Assembly (NCBI GenBank): GCA_038496445.1
Contig: JALMLS010000071.1
Coordinates: 1 to 64,000, forward strand
Length of the DNA: 64,000 nucleotides
DNA from: Trichosphaerium sp. ATCC 40318
Lineage: Eukaryota > Protista > Tubulinea
Direction: 5' to 3'
The position numbers and the translations under genes are program-made. The notes under the pieces are model-generated. The model had not been told where the DNA came from. It saw nothing but the letters and a program-made list of their open reading frames with translations, and made no database searches. This document shows positions 51,987 through 63,515 of this stretch, one piece after another; the stretch's first letter is position 1; each line of letters opens with the position of its first letter.

Positions 51987-52683
51987 TTAATTGTTTTATT
52001 TGTGAAGGATGTGATTACAGAATACCTTGTGAATCAATCAATCAAAAGGCGTACTTATAGTATCACAAGGTAGCAAATAATGTAACAATAAACAAATAAT
52101 GTTCCACAAACAAAACAAAAAGGATTCACCGAGTTATAAATTGACTACAAAAAAGGCTGGAGCATGTGGCCAAGGTTTGTTTTGTGAATACCCTGGCAAT
52201 ATGAATCAATAGAAAACTAGGTGGTAACTGCATTAGATTGCCATATAGTGCTAGTAATTTAAACAGAGAACAACCATGCCGTCATCTCTAAAAAAAAAAA
52301 TCAGACACATTTCTTGTGCATCAAACACTGTGCTAGTGTATCATACAATGACCACATTATCATAAATGTAATAACTTATTGTAACACAAGGAAATATTAG
52401 TTGTCTTTTCTCGTATTTTCGAAAATACTGCTCCAAAATAATACTTGTTAGCAAGTTTCACTAGCCTATTGATTTTATCTTTTTTTGCTTCATTTGATGT
52501 CCAAGGATTAACGATTAGCGTACCATCACAGCAGCGTACTAAAGAAATCGAACGGTATTCTGTTTATTTTACATTGTAAATGTAACTACAAATGTCTTCT
52601 TGAGGTACTTCTATTTGCAAGTACGTTCAATAATGGCTGCGCTTTTAGCTGACAATATTTATGTAATAAAATTTAATGATCTA

Positions 52684-53719
52684 TCATGGCATTGGTTTAC
52701 TAGCTTGCTTCATAGCATCTGAAAGCCACTCCATTGCATCATAGATATTTTCACCTGTTTTACATGATACACCATATAATCTGTTTGTTTTGTTAGGCAT
52801 TGCTTCCAAGCCCATCTTCTCTTCAACTTCTTTTATTGACATTGAACTTTCTAAATCCTAGTTTTTTACCTAAATTAGCACTTGTTTATATTAGATTCTA
52901 CGTACTGTTTTGGTTGCCACCACAAGCACTGGAACAGTATTGTGAATTTCTTCGTTTCTACTGAGCGCTTGAAGCTCAATTGCAGCTGCAAGAATCAGGT
53001 CACAGTGCAGGACAAAAGCGAACAGTTTCAAACAACAGAATGAAAAATGTTGGTAATTATTTTTTATAACATCCTCCTCGTGTACCTGTTTCCATTGATT
53101 CTTCATCGTTACTGTCCACAACGAATATTATTCCTTTAGTCCTTTGCAAGTATTAAACAAAGACTACAGAACAAAAACTGTTGCATGGTCATACTCATTG
53201 TGGTAATGTCTATAAACTTGTCGCTCACCGCTATTCTTCTTTGTTATCGGGTAACTACAACAAAAAACTTAGTAAACACCCTCCCTTTAAACCCGTCTCG
53301 CAAGCAAGCATAAAAAAAGGTAAAACCGGTGAATAAACAAACCACGTGATAAATAAAAGTATGACTAAAGGCGTAAATGCAACTAAAAGTACTTTCAAAG
53401 CTAATAACACATGTGGGCGTTAGCGCCCCAAAAAATTGTGCTTGATGCTTTTTTTAGATTCTTCAAAAAAAAAACGTTTCGTACGTTATAAATTGAATCT
53501 TCTTGTAATTTATAGTCTGTATGCTAAACCCTGAGCTATTTGTTAGTAATAAAACGTAAACACGAAAACTATTGTACCAATGTTTCTCGAAAAACCTACT
53601 TCTACCCCAAGGTCTAATTTGTTTAAAAAACTCTTTACCCCTGCGTTTTGAAGCCCAGTAACCAGAATAATTGAATCATCCTTTGAATCACCTTTAAACA
53701 ACTGTAATGCGTTACCCAT
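52684..53719 (-). CDS. Divergent Arf/Arl-like protein, possibly a pseudo-GTPase or pseudogene
   Basis: MGN myristoylation start, IILVTGLQNAGVKS, GFSIQTINYK, PVLVVATK|DL, GVSCKTGENIYDAMEWLS. Confidence 0.72.
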
Positions 53720-54120
53720 GCGCAGAAAAGAGAAGGTGAGACCTTTAAAACTACTTTTACAATACAACGGAGGCAGGACTTAACAACAGAAATTAAGTTT
53801 GTGTTTTGCTCAAAGCTTGCTATTTAATACTAAAACAGAACTATCAATTTGGACCAACATGCTATTATAATACAGGTAGCGTAAAATAGCAGCTAATTGT
53901 TAAGCAATTAATACTATACGTTCGCTTAATGTAATTTTATTATCACTGTCACTCGTAAATATCATGACGTGTTTCTCATTGCAATTCATCTTGGGTTGAG
54001 TTTTTATTGTTTAGCAGGAAAACGAATTTTGTGGGTAAAAGCTACATACAAAGCAAAATAAAAATAGACTACGGTGTTGAAAAGCCTTTAATAAGTACTT
54101 GATGAACTAGTAACAAGCAT

Positions 54121-54545
54121 TTAAATGACAGGATAGGTAGCTTCATTGGCGATTCCGCAAGTATCTTCGCCCATCTCTAAGTGAATGTATCCATCAATAC
54201 CCCAATCTAAAAATTGAAGTCAACAAACCGAAAAAAAAAAGATGTAAAGCGAAATGCACTGTACCTGTTCCCCAGCTGTTTCTGACCATGTAGTAGTTAC
54301 CGGTCTTATCAAAACCAACAAGTTGTACGCAATGGTCTAACTCATTTATCCATGCACATTCATCATGTGTCATTACACCACTCTTGTAGTCTTGCCTTAT
54401 AAAAAAAGTCAAACAAAACCTTTTTTTAATGTCTACAAACAAAAAGGACTACAAGAAACAAGTACCAGTTGGAGGCATCTACACAAACGCTGAGTGGTCC
54501 TTTGTTTATTAGGTTTTCTTGAAGAGTTGTCTCAGAGCTGTTGAT
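54121..54545 (-). pseudogene. 5'-truncated papain-family (C1A) cysteine protease
   Basis: GPLSVCVDASNW|QDYKSG...LDHCVQLVG...YYMVRNSWG|..WGIDGYIHL...TCGIA. No upstream QxxCGSCW exon is visible. Confidence 0.8.
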
Positions 54546-54654
54546 TATTTAGAAGAAAAAAGTAGGCCTTCAGCGTGAATGATAAGAAATATGTATTTAC
54601 GTTGCACAAATTGATTCCAGAAACAGAATTAGTTTGCCACTTACGCCATTATTA

Positions 54655-54951
54655 CTATATTATAACTGTAATGGCAACAAAGGCACACCATGAAATAGTC
54701 ACTATACAACAAGCCGCTGTTATTAATATGTTGTTGTTTAGGATCAACAGGATAGGCATATTGTCACGTGTTATAAACAACTTCCCAAAAACTTGTCTTG
54801 ATGGAGAGTTCAATGAGGCATAAGAACGGAAAGATTGCCATGTGGGTTGATGGTAAACTAAACGGTGCTTGTAAAAATTGATACAACAATGGACAACATC
54901 AGAGCGAGCTAGTAGGTTGAAGGCGATTCCAAAGAGTGGTATTAATGGCAT
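54655..54951 (-). pseudogene. Possible decayed F-box(-LRR) remnant
   Basis: LFGIAFNLLARSDVVHCC is weakly F-box-like. An off-frame HINNSGL resembles the LRR ITDxGL. Confidence 0.3.
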
Positions 54952-55028
54952 TATGGTTTTTGGTCAAAAAATCGTCTGGAATGACTGTGTTTGACTACAA
55001 AAAGCACGTGACGCCGTTTAAAATACGT

Positions 55029-55580
55029 ATGACAACAAAACCCGCGGTAAGCATAATGAACGTTGTCAGCGAATAAAGTAAAATACTGATAAACACATTA
55101 GTATACTTTATTGAGCCTTCCAATGGAGATTCAACTTGATATCATTGATATGGACATAGAAGTGTATATAAAGTGGCCAATTATGTCTAGATTTAGTGCT
55201 GTAACAACGAGATTTGATTGTAACCTTGAAAAACATGGCAAGTGGTTCACAAAGTCAAAGTTTCGTGACCCCTTCATATTTCTCCAAGCAGAGGTTACCT
55301 TCATGAATGGTAAAAAACATGGTGCAAGAAATGGCACAACTGCGGTCAATTACAAATGAAGGCTATGTATGTTGATGATAAACTCCACGGAGAGCTCAAT
55401 TGTTGGCATGAAAATGGTCAACTAGAAGTACAGGCTCAGTACTTCAACAATAAAGTTGAAGGAGAGTACAAGACATGGTACGAAAACGGCCAATTGGAAC
55501 AGTTGTGTTACTTTGTAAATGGCGAAATGGAACGAAAGTGTAAATATTGGAGTTTCAGCGGCCGGCCCATAGAGTATTAG
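55029..55580 (+). pseudogene. F-box-like + MORN-variant gene with a 5' intron (55047-55101) and a frameshift near 55323
   Basis: MTTKPA|YTLLSLPMEIQLDII. After GKKHG the repeat continues in another frame (CKKWHNCGQLQMKAMY). Confidence 0.82.
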
Positions 55581-55911
55581 ACAATAAATACATGTTCAAA
55601 CTATTAAAAGTTTAGTAACCACGTGACTTGAGACATTTTTTCACAAATAAAGTGCTTGCCAAGCTAATTTTAGCTTATTTCTGAACATGCACGTGATTGA
55701 TTCTGGACTCATCATGAAGCATAACGATGCTAATTAAGTCACAATTTAAGTCTATATCAGCAATTAAGCTACTAGTGGGGTAGTACAATTACAACAATAT
55801 TAGTTAAGTACATGATTGATGTATTTTGGTATCTATAACGACATCTTAGTTTCGATTGAGAACTTTATTGTTGTTTATGTACAAGCTTTTTGTGGTTTTT
55901 TTTTCTTTTCT

Positions 55912-58900
55912 TCAAAGTCCAGACATGAACTCATTATTATAATCTTTAAAACTAGGCAACGAGTTCTTTGCATTCTTTGGTTTAATCATACGTAGTTTTT
56001 CATACTCTAATGCTTCCTTTTCAGAAGTTCTACCTGTTTTTGCATTTGTTTTCATCCTTTTCTTGAATCCTGGTCTTCCTTGTGATAACTGCTCATTGTA
56101 CTCCTTTGTCTGGCGTACACGAACCTTTGCAGTCTACAAAAAATACATCAACAACAAGAAAACAAATATAAAAAACCAAGAACAACTTCAGGAACGTTAA
56201 GTTTGCCAAAAAAGAAAAAAAACAGAAAAAAACAAGAAAAAAATTATCGTAATCTGAAGCATCATTAAAAAACGTACAAATTGTGAAGGGTTTCCTTTAA
56301 GACCAAAGCTTCTAGCTAAGTGACCCAAGTGAAGATTCCTTATGTTAAGTATTTTTTGTGTGAACTTAGGATGAGTTGTATAACTCTTTAAGAAAGCTTG
56401 GTACGCAATTATTGCCATAGACCTTAGATCAGCTTCTTTACAAGTCTCTATAACCTTTTCAAATAAATGACCCAAAATACCACCTATATAAAGTAACAAG
56501 TTAGAGAGTCAAAGAATGTTGAAGCGCTGAAAGAAATCACAAAAAAATAAGTTTGATATAAAGTATGTCTTTTTTGATACGTACGTTCTTCTAATTTATC
56601 ATCTGTTGTGTTCTCTTCTTGATTTGTTATTAAATCACTAAATAGTTTCATAGGGTTTATGCCGTGTAATGTCATCTAAAAACACATGTGTTAGGTTCCA
56701 AACCTGCCAACCAGTGACCACAAAAACAACTCTTTCAACAACAAAAAAAAAACCAATAAAAATCGTACACCGCTTTGTGCCAACAATTCAAGGTATCCTT
56801 GCTCAGAAGGTTGTAAAAACAGCAAAGCTTTTCCTGATTTACCAATACGCGCAGTACGACCGATCTAAAGGGTGTTACAACTATCTTCCGGTAAAAATAC
56901 ATACCCTGTGGACATAAGCTCTGTGATCACATGGGATATCGTATTGTACAATCCAGTCAATGCCAGGTAGATCGAGACCTATCCAACAGTGTTAATAACA
57001 TAGTCTTTGTATTTTTAAAGTTCTGAAATAATCCACAATAATGTACCTCTTGCTGCAACATCTGTTGTGAAAAGAATACAAGATTTACGCTGGTTTACTT
57101 TCTGGAAAGTAGCTACACGAGCTGTTTGTGATAGAGAACCATGAAGCATGAATAAAGGAACGCCAAGCATTGGTTTCATTGCTAAACAACATAAGTAAAA
57201 AAATAATGACATAGTGTCGGTAGAAACAAGCGATAAAAAACAAGGTCCAGTTAAAACCAACGAAATTATTTGATTGCACTTTGATGTTCGTTAACGTACT
57301 TTTATCTTTCCAAAGACCGTAAGGTGCTCTTGGGGGTTCAACATGAAGATCAACATTAGAAAATAACGTGAAAACAAACTCTACAGAAGCACGACTGGCC
57401 ATAAACACGATAATCTTGCAATCAGCACTTTTGAAAAATATCAGCAAAAAAAGTAAAAAAAGTGACTTTTTTCTGAAGAAACACGTGTTTGCTTGAACAA
57501 AAAAATTAAATCACGTACGTCGCTTCAATCTCCTTCTTTAAAAAAGCTGCTAATGATACTAATCGAGTTTTTGTTGGTGGAATGACATAGAACTTAAAAC
57601 AATGTTAAAAAAAACAAATGAGATTAACGTTCTTTCTTACTTGTTGAAGTCTATCTGGTACGGCATGTTGCAATGATTCTGCAATTACAGCGGCATCTTC
57701 TTCGAGTGCAGTGTTATCATCAACATCGACAAATTTAGGGTTTTTAAGCATGTTAGTGCCAAGATCGCTTAATTTCTATTGGAAGATGTCAAAATGTGTC
57801 ACATTTTTCTTCGCTGAAAACAAACCTGTGAGAGTGTTGCAGAACATAATGCGTTCTGTCTAGGTGTCTCATGCTCATCTAATATACGTATAATATCCTT
57901 CAATTGTGGCTCGAAACCCATATCAAGTAATCTATCAGCCTCATCCAGAACAAGCCTTTTTATCACAAGATTAGTAACTTTACATTGATTTTTTACTTGA
58001 AACTCAAAACGTACCATTTCAATCCATCATGTTTCCATGCGCTAGTGTTAACAAGATGATCGTTTATACGTCCAGGTGTACCAATAACAACAATCTCACC
58101 TATAAAGCCTGTAAGCCAAAAATAAAAGAAAAAAAAATTTCTTCAACTTTAAAATCAAACATACCTTTGCGTAGGCGTGCTTTTTCTGAGGACCTCTTCT
58201 CACCACCACATAATGTGGTACTAACAAGCCAAGGGAATGGAGAAGTCAATTGCTTGAAGATTGTCTCAATCTGTGAGCACAATTCACGTGTTGGAGCAAC
58301 AAGGAGCGCTGAAGTAAGAAAAAAATTAATAATTCCATGACTGTAAGGAGGTTTGTGTCTTACCAACTGTGCCGTTTTCTCTACGAACGTCTTTTCCGGC
58401 TTCTAGAAGAGCGTGTATAATAGGTACAAGGTACGATAATGTCTTTCCGCTTCCTAAAGGTGTACAATGTTAATAACGGCAAAATTATTCTTCGATTTTT
58501 TTTTTTGAACAAAAAAAAGCAATTCACACCTGTACAAGCCTTTGCCATAACGTCGTTTCCTTCCATTAACAATGGTATTGCCTTACGTTGTACGCCAGTA
58601 GGTCTAACAAAGCCGTTCTCTAACGAGTGTCATTAGCAAAAAACATCTTTTTTTTTAGCGTCAATGAGGGCGTACCGGCTAGCCTAGTGTGTAATCTTGG
58701 GTGTAAATGCATTCCCGAGAAGTCATTCGTTGAGAAAATGGCCTTAGGCTTCGGTTTTCTTGTTCCTGGTCCTACTGTACCAAATTTCCCCTGTAGCTTT
58801 GGATTTGTGCTCTTTGCTTTTTTTTTAACAAGCGGAGGGTTTTTAGACCCATATGATCCTCGCGTTCTGTTTTTGTCTCCCAACTTTGCTCGTTTGGCAT

Positions 58901-59110
58901 CCCGACCTTTAGAATCGCCATAACTGTTATTTTTACGTTTTTTAGACGCTCCATCAGGCGAATCTGGTTCTTCTGATACCTGAGAAATTACCATTAACCC
59001 AGAACGCGAAATACGATAAAAGAAGCGTAGGGCCTTAAAAAAAAGGCGTTTCTCACCTTAGGTTTTGGCGGTGGAATAGAATAATCGGTAAAGTCGAGAT
59101 TGAGCTCCAT
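55912..59110 (-). CDS. DBP7: DEAD-box RNA helicase, Dbp7/DDX31 subfamily
   Basis: [80 protein letters not shown]. Confidence 0.9.
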
Positions 59111-59436
59111 TGATTACTACTACGCTTGAATACTTGCCCTAAAATAACTAAAAAGCTGTGCAGCCACATTCGTCAATAGTCAAGCAGCCTTTCTGTGAAC
59201 AACTAGTCCACAAGCACGTCGGTATCAAAAAAAGGTGACCGTGCATCAGGTGCTTTTTTGAGCGTAGAAATGATGCATTCACATCGCACTGAACCTTCAA
59301 GTTTTTCAAAAAACAAAACGTGGAAATAAAACAACTTTGGGATGACTCCAATTTATAACCAGTGGTATAGCTGTAAAAGTATATTTTGGGACTCTAACTA
59401 GTTATTAACGACAAACAAGTATCTTAGTGTTTATTG

Positions 59437-60714
59437 CTAGATTGTAGATCCAAAGGAGAATAAAATGGTTTCTCCTCTGGGATCATATAATACTTTTACA
59501 CCTCTTTTTCTGAGTGATCTAATACACTTATCGGTAACATCGCCTGAACGCAAATATATTTTGAGTAAGCTGACTAATGATTCAATACCTCTGTCATAAA
59601 TCTTTTCACAACCTTGAATGTTTATTTCTTTGATACCAGAAAGTGGAGCAAGGCAATCATTTGTTATGTTTGTGTAACTTAAATGAATAGCATTTGCATC
59701 TGCAAGGCTTTTCATACATAATCCAGTGATACCCTTACAGCCTGATAGGTTGATATTTTTGACACCAGCAAGTGGAGTTATCCAATCATCGGTTGCATTT
59801 GTATAAGATAAATCAATGGTTTGTACACCAGCAAGACTCTTCATACATGATCCAGTTATACCATCACACTTTGATATATTAATATGCATTACACCAGAAA
59901 GTGGAATGATCCAATCATCTGTTGCTTTTGTGGCACATAAGTGGATGGTCTTTACACCGGCAAGATTCTTCATACATGATCCAGTAATACCACCACAATT
60001 TGATAGGTTGATATTTGTTACACCAGCTAATTTTGATACGCCCACATCTGTAATGAGTTGACAATTACCTAAGTCTATAGTATGTACACCAGCCAATGCT
60101 GAGATACCTTCGTCCGTAATATGTCTACACTGGTACAAATCTATAGTGTGTACTCCAGACAGAACAGATAGTACTTCATCTGTAACTTCAGACTCTGGTA
60201 TATGGATAATTGGTACCCCCGCAAGCGCTTTCATACCCATCTCTGTTATTTTGGGCAGTTTATACAACCTGATACTTTTAAGATGTTTCACAAGTGGTAT
60301 TATGCCTGAGTCTGTGATTCCTGTACAAGAATATAACATCAAGTGCCTCACACCACAAACAGAATGTAACCCCATATCTGTGATTTTACGATTGAAATAA
60401 ATTTCTAGGGAATGAACACCTGAAAGCAAAGAAAGATCATTGTCTGTTCCTTCCCACAACGAGATTTTGGTGTTTTTCAAGAAAGGACTTCCAGAAAGAC
60501 GAGAATAGCTTGCTGTTAATCTAATACTGATACAATCATATCCAACGAGATGGCTAATGATATCTGATAATCGTTTACAGCTTTGCGAGACATTAAATCG
60601 ATTAGAGCGGTCCACAAATGATAGTAGATGAGCTATTATCTCTGTTGGTATGTCTAAAAGCTCAACATCATCTAATGACTTTAAACATCCTGAGGAAGGC
60701 TTTCCAGAAAGCAT
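59437..60714 (-). CDS. Intronless F-box-LRR protein (about 14 repeats)
   Basis: LLDIPTEIIAHLLSFV, linker VGYD...SGSPFL, and alternating ITGSCMKxLAGV / ATDDWIxPLxGV repeats. Confidence 0.93.
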   Translation of the reverse strand: MLSGKPSSGCLKSLDDVELLDIPTEIIAHLLSFVDRSNRFNVSQSCKRLSDIISHLVGYDCISIRLTASYSRLSGSPFLKNTKISLWEGTDNDLSLLSGVHSLEIYFNRKITDMGLHSVCGVRHLMLYSCTGITDSGIIPLVKHLKSIRLYKLPKITEMGMKALAGVPIIHIPESEVTDEVLSVLSGVHTIDLYQCRHITDEGISALAGVHTIDLGNCQLITDVGVSKLAGVTNINLSNCGGITGSCMKNLAGVKTIHLCATKATDDWIIPLSGVMHINISKCDGITGSCMKSLAGVQTIDLSYTNATDDWITPLAGVKNINLSGCKGITGLCMKSLADANAIHLSYTNITNDCLAPLSGIKEINIQGCEKIYDRGIESLVSLLKIYLRSGDVTDKCIRSLRKRGVKVLYDPRGETILFSFGSTI

Positions 60715-62070
60715 AATGGTAAATGATGAGCTGCTTTCTACTCAACGATACCGCTAACGAAAAAGAAAGACCGTCGCAGCGTGCATTTTGCGTTGAAACG
60801 CAGAGCATTCAGAAGATACATAATAGAAGAAGCGGAAAGTACTAGAATTAAAAGCTACAGCAGTAAATTAGTTTTCCTTACCAAAAAAAAACACGTGATT
60901 ATCAGCAGAGCAACTTTTGTTAAGCAGTTCCCGCTCATAGAAAAATTCAATACACTAAGCCATGTGCTTGTACATCAAAAACAGTGCTATATCTTGTAGC
61001 TACTTATACCAGAAGTTTGGTGCCAGATGCCAAAATATGTTTGTAGACGTACATTTGTAACAACAATGCCGTAAAACTGTTCCGCTAATGTGTTAATTGC
61101 AAAAAAAGAAGTGACAGTTGTAATAATTGCTTTTAGTCAGCGTAATTGCTGCTTTTGAAGATTTTCCAATAACGACGACAAATCAAGCAACGGCAGCCAA
61201 ATATAGCTGAAAGGATATAATCTTATGTGATCTGTAAAATGGTACGTTTAGGCAGCCGTTGGTTCATTTGCCTTGAAATAGTAGAGTTTTTTCATTAAAC
61301 ACTCACAAAAATCCGTGTAAGTACCTAAAAACAAGTATCTGCGCGTAGGGTAGTACATACATACAATATTTGTATGCTAAAGCTAAAATAAACTTGTGAC
61401 GCTATTGTAAGCCTTGGTTTTCAAATTACAAGTACTGTGATCTTTTGTGCAATAGTTGTCTTAATTTCAAGGCTGTGTATAGGCGTCAAACAGAGAAAAA
61501 TGATTAAATATGGAACAGAAAAACAATTTTCAGTGATTCAGCTACAATGTTTAATTTTTCTTGATGTTATAACTCCACAAACAACAAAAAGAAAGATCAC
61601 AATACATTTAGCACATGGATTAGCGTCTATATAGAGACGGAACTGCTTAACAAAAGTTGCTCTATCATGACAATGACGTGTTTAAAGAAGATCAAGGGTT
61701 GACTACTTGAACAATTGGTTGACAGCTACAAGGCGTTGTTGCCACGAGAAATACGTAACGAGTTTTCGCCAACTTAACACCGTAATGACAACATTCTACT
61801 ACATTATTTTAAAGCTATGTGATTGTTCCATTTTTCAATGTGCGATATGCAGATTTAACCACTGACATACAAAATTTGGTTTCTTTACTCCTATCTAGAC
61901 TCAACTTGCCTGCCTGGTATTGACATTCCATTACAAGAAGCCCTAGTACTCCTTCGCAACAATAGTGAAGTTGCCACACGTGCTACTTTTTATCGGGGTA
62001 ATTTGAAAAATGTTAAGTGAAACGTGACAACATTTCGGTTTTTGGTTCAACTTTAAACGTAATAATCAAT

Positions 62071-62804
62071 ATGAACAAAACGTACTCTATTGCTCCGTAC
62101 CAGGTATATTATTTGTAATTGATGCATTTTTAACACCCAATATTAGGGAATTGAGTGTTTAGAGTCAAACTTCCCTGTATTGGTAGCCACTGATGTAAAC
62201 AGTGGTAAAACTACCAATATAGACGCAATAGCAGGTTTTGACTACGCTTGGGGACATAAATACGTAGTCGAAGTAGGTAGGCCTCAAAACTACAACAAAT
62301 TCCTCTAATCGCATGTAAAACAGAGGAGAGGAAACTAACGGAGGACGAGTTTATGTGCGATGGACCTGACTACGTTTGGACTCTAAAGAGCATAAAAGAG
62401 GATAAAATAACACCTGCAGGTATATTCTTAGCGCCTTATAACCAACAAACGCCCGCAAAGTGAATTCTGTTTTTGGCGCATTCAAAAAAAATGAAATTTC
62501 CATTAGGTACAGAATTCACTCTGAGAATACCACAAAGTATGGTGCGACTTGGCCACTATCCTGTCATACGTACTTCCGGATTATTTTCCAAGACTTACGC
62601 CATTTGGGGAAAGTATAAGATAAAACCAACTCAAGAACTCAAAGTACGCAATAATAATCGCTGTTTGACTTAAAATGTTGTACTTACGGCTTTAAGGATG
62701 CCCTTAGTCAGAACAATGATTTTGATATTACATTAGCATTCCAGGGAAACCCCAGCGATCCATTTGTTGTTCGCAATGTAATAATAGTAGAAAGTATGTA
62801 TTAA
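62071..62804 (+). CDS. DUF4377-like protein, 5 exons
   Basis: SIAPYQ...IAGFDYAWGHKYVVEV|EERK...DGPDYVWTL resembles the bacterial DUF4377 pattern IxGFxYExGYxYxLxV...DxSxxxYxL. Confidence 0.6.
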
Positions 62805-62846
62805 AAACAATCAAAGTAAATTTTTATATACAAACAAAATCTGACT

Positions 62847-63515
62847 CTACGTGCACACGGTTAAACACTTGCTCATATTACTCTTGAAAGGCCTTTGTAG
62901 CAAAAAAACGTGACGTCGATGACAGCTTTTCGCCGAGGAAACGTCTTTGGCATGTTTATTCACTAACAGTTTAATTTTTATATGCTCTCTGACACGTGAA
63001 TGATGTGAGAAGTCCTTATCTACACTATATGCAAGAATAATGAATGTTTCTTGACCTGGCACTAGCTCACAGTCTTTTGGATCGCTTATTGATCTGTTAC
63101 ATTCGCATGACACGATTTTTGATTTTTACCTGATAGCAGAGGAATAGTAAACGATATTTTAGTTATCCCATGTTCATGACAACCTTTCAAATTTGTCACT
63201 CTATTTTTACCACCATATTTTTCTTTGTTGTAATGTCGCGGAGGTTCAGCGATATGTTCTTCACTTTCAACATTGCCATTTTCAAGAAGTCTGAGAAACA
63301 CCAGCTTAGATCCAGCAAGACTATGATTTTTCGTATTAAATCCAACGAGTAACCACCCTTGTGCTTTGTTAGACGATGTAAAAACAAGGGGATTTTTTGT
63401 AGTTTGTACCTTGAGTCTTAGCACTTATACACCCGTTAAAAACGCCTCCATCTTCACTACTTGTATTCCACTCCAAGTTTATACCTCTTTTCGTAATGTG
63501 TTGGGCGCTAGCCAT
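62847..63515 (-). CDS. Stand-alone DOMON-domain protein
   Basis: GINLEW...ISAKTQG|WLLVGFN...LAGSKLV...ITKISFTIPL...IILAYS...DFSHHS. Confidence 0.75.
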
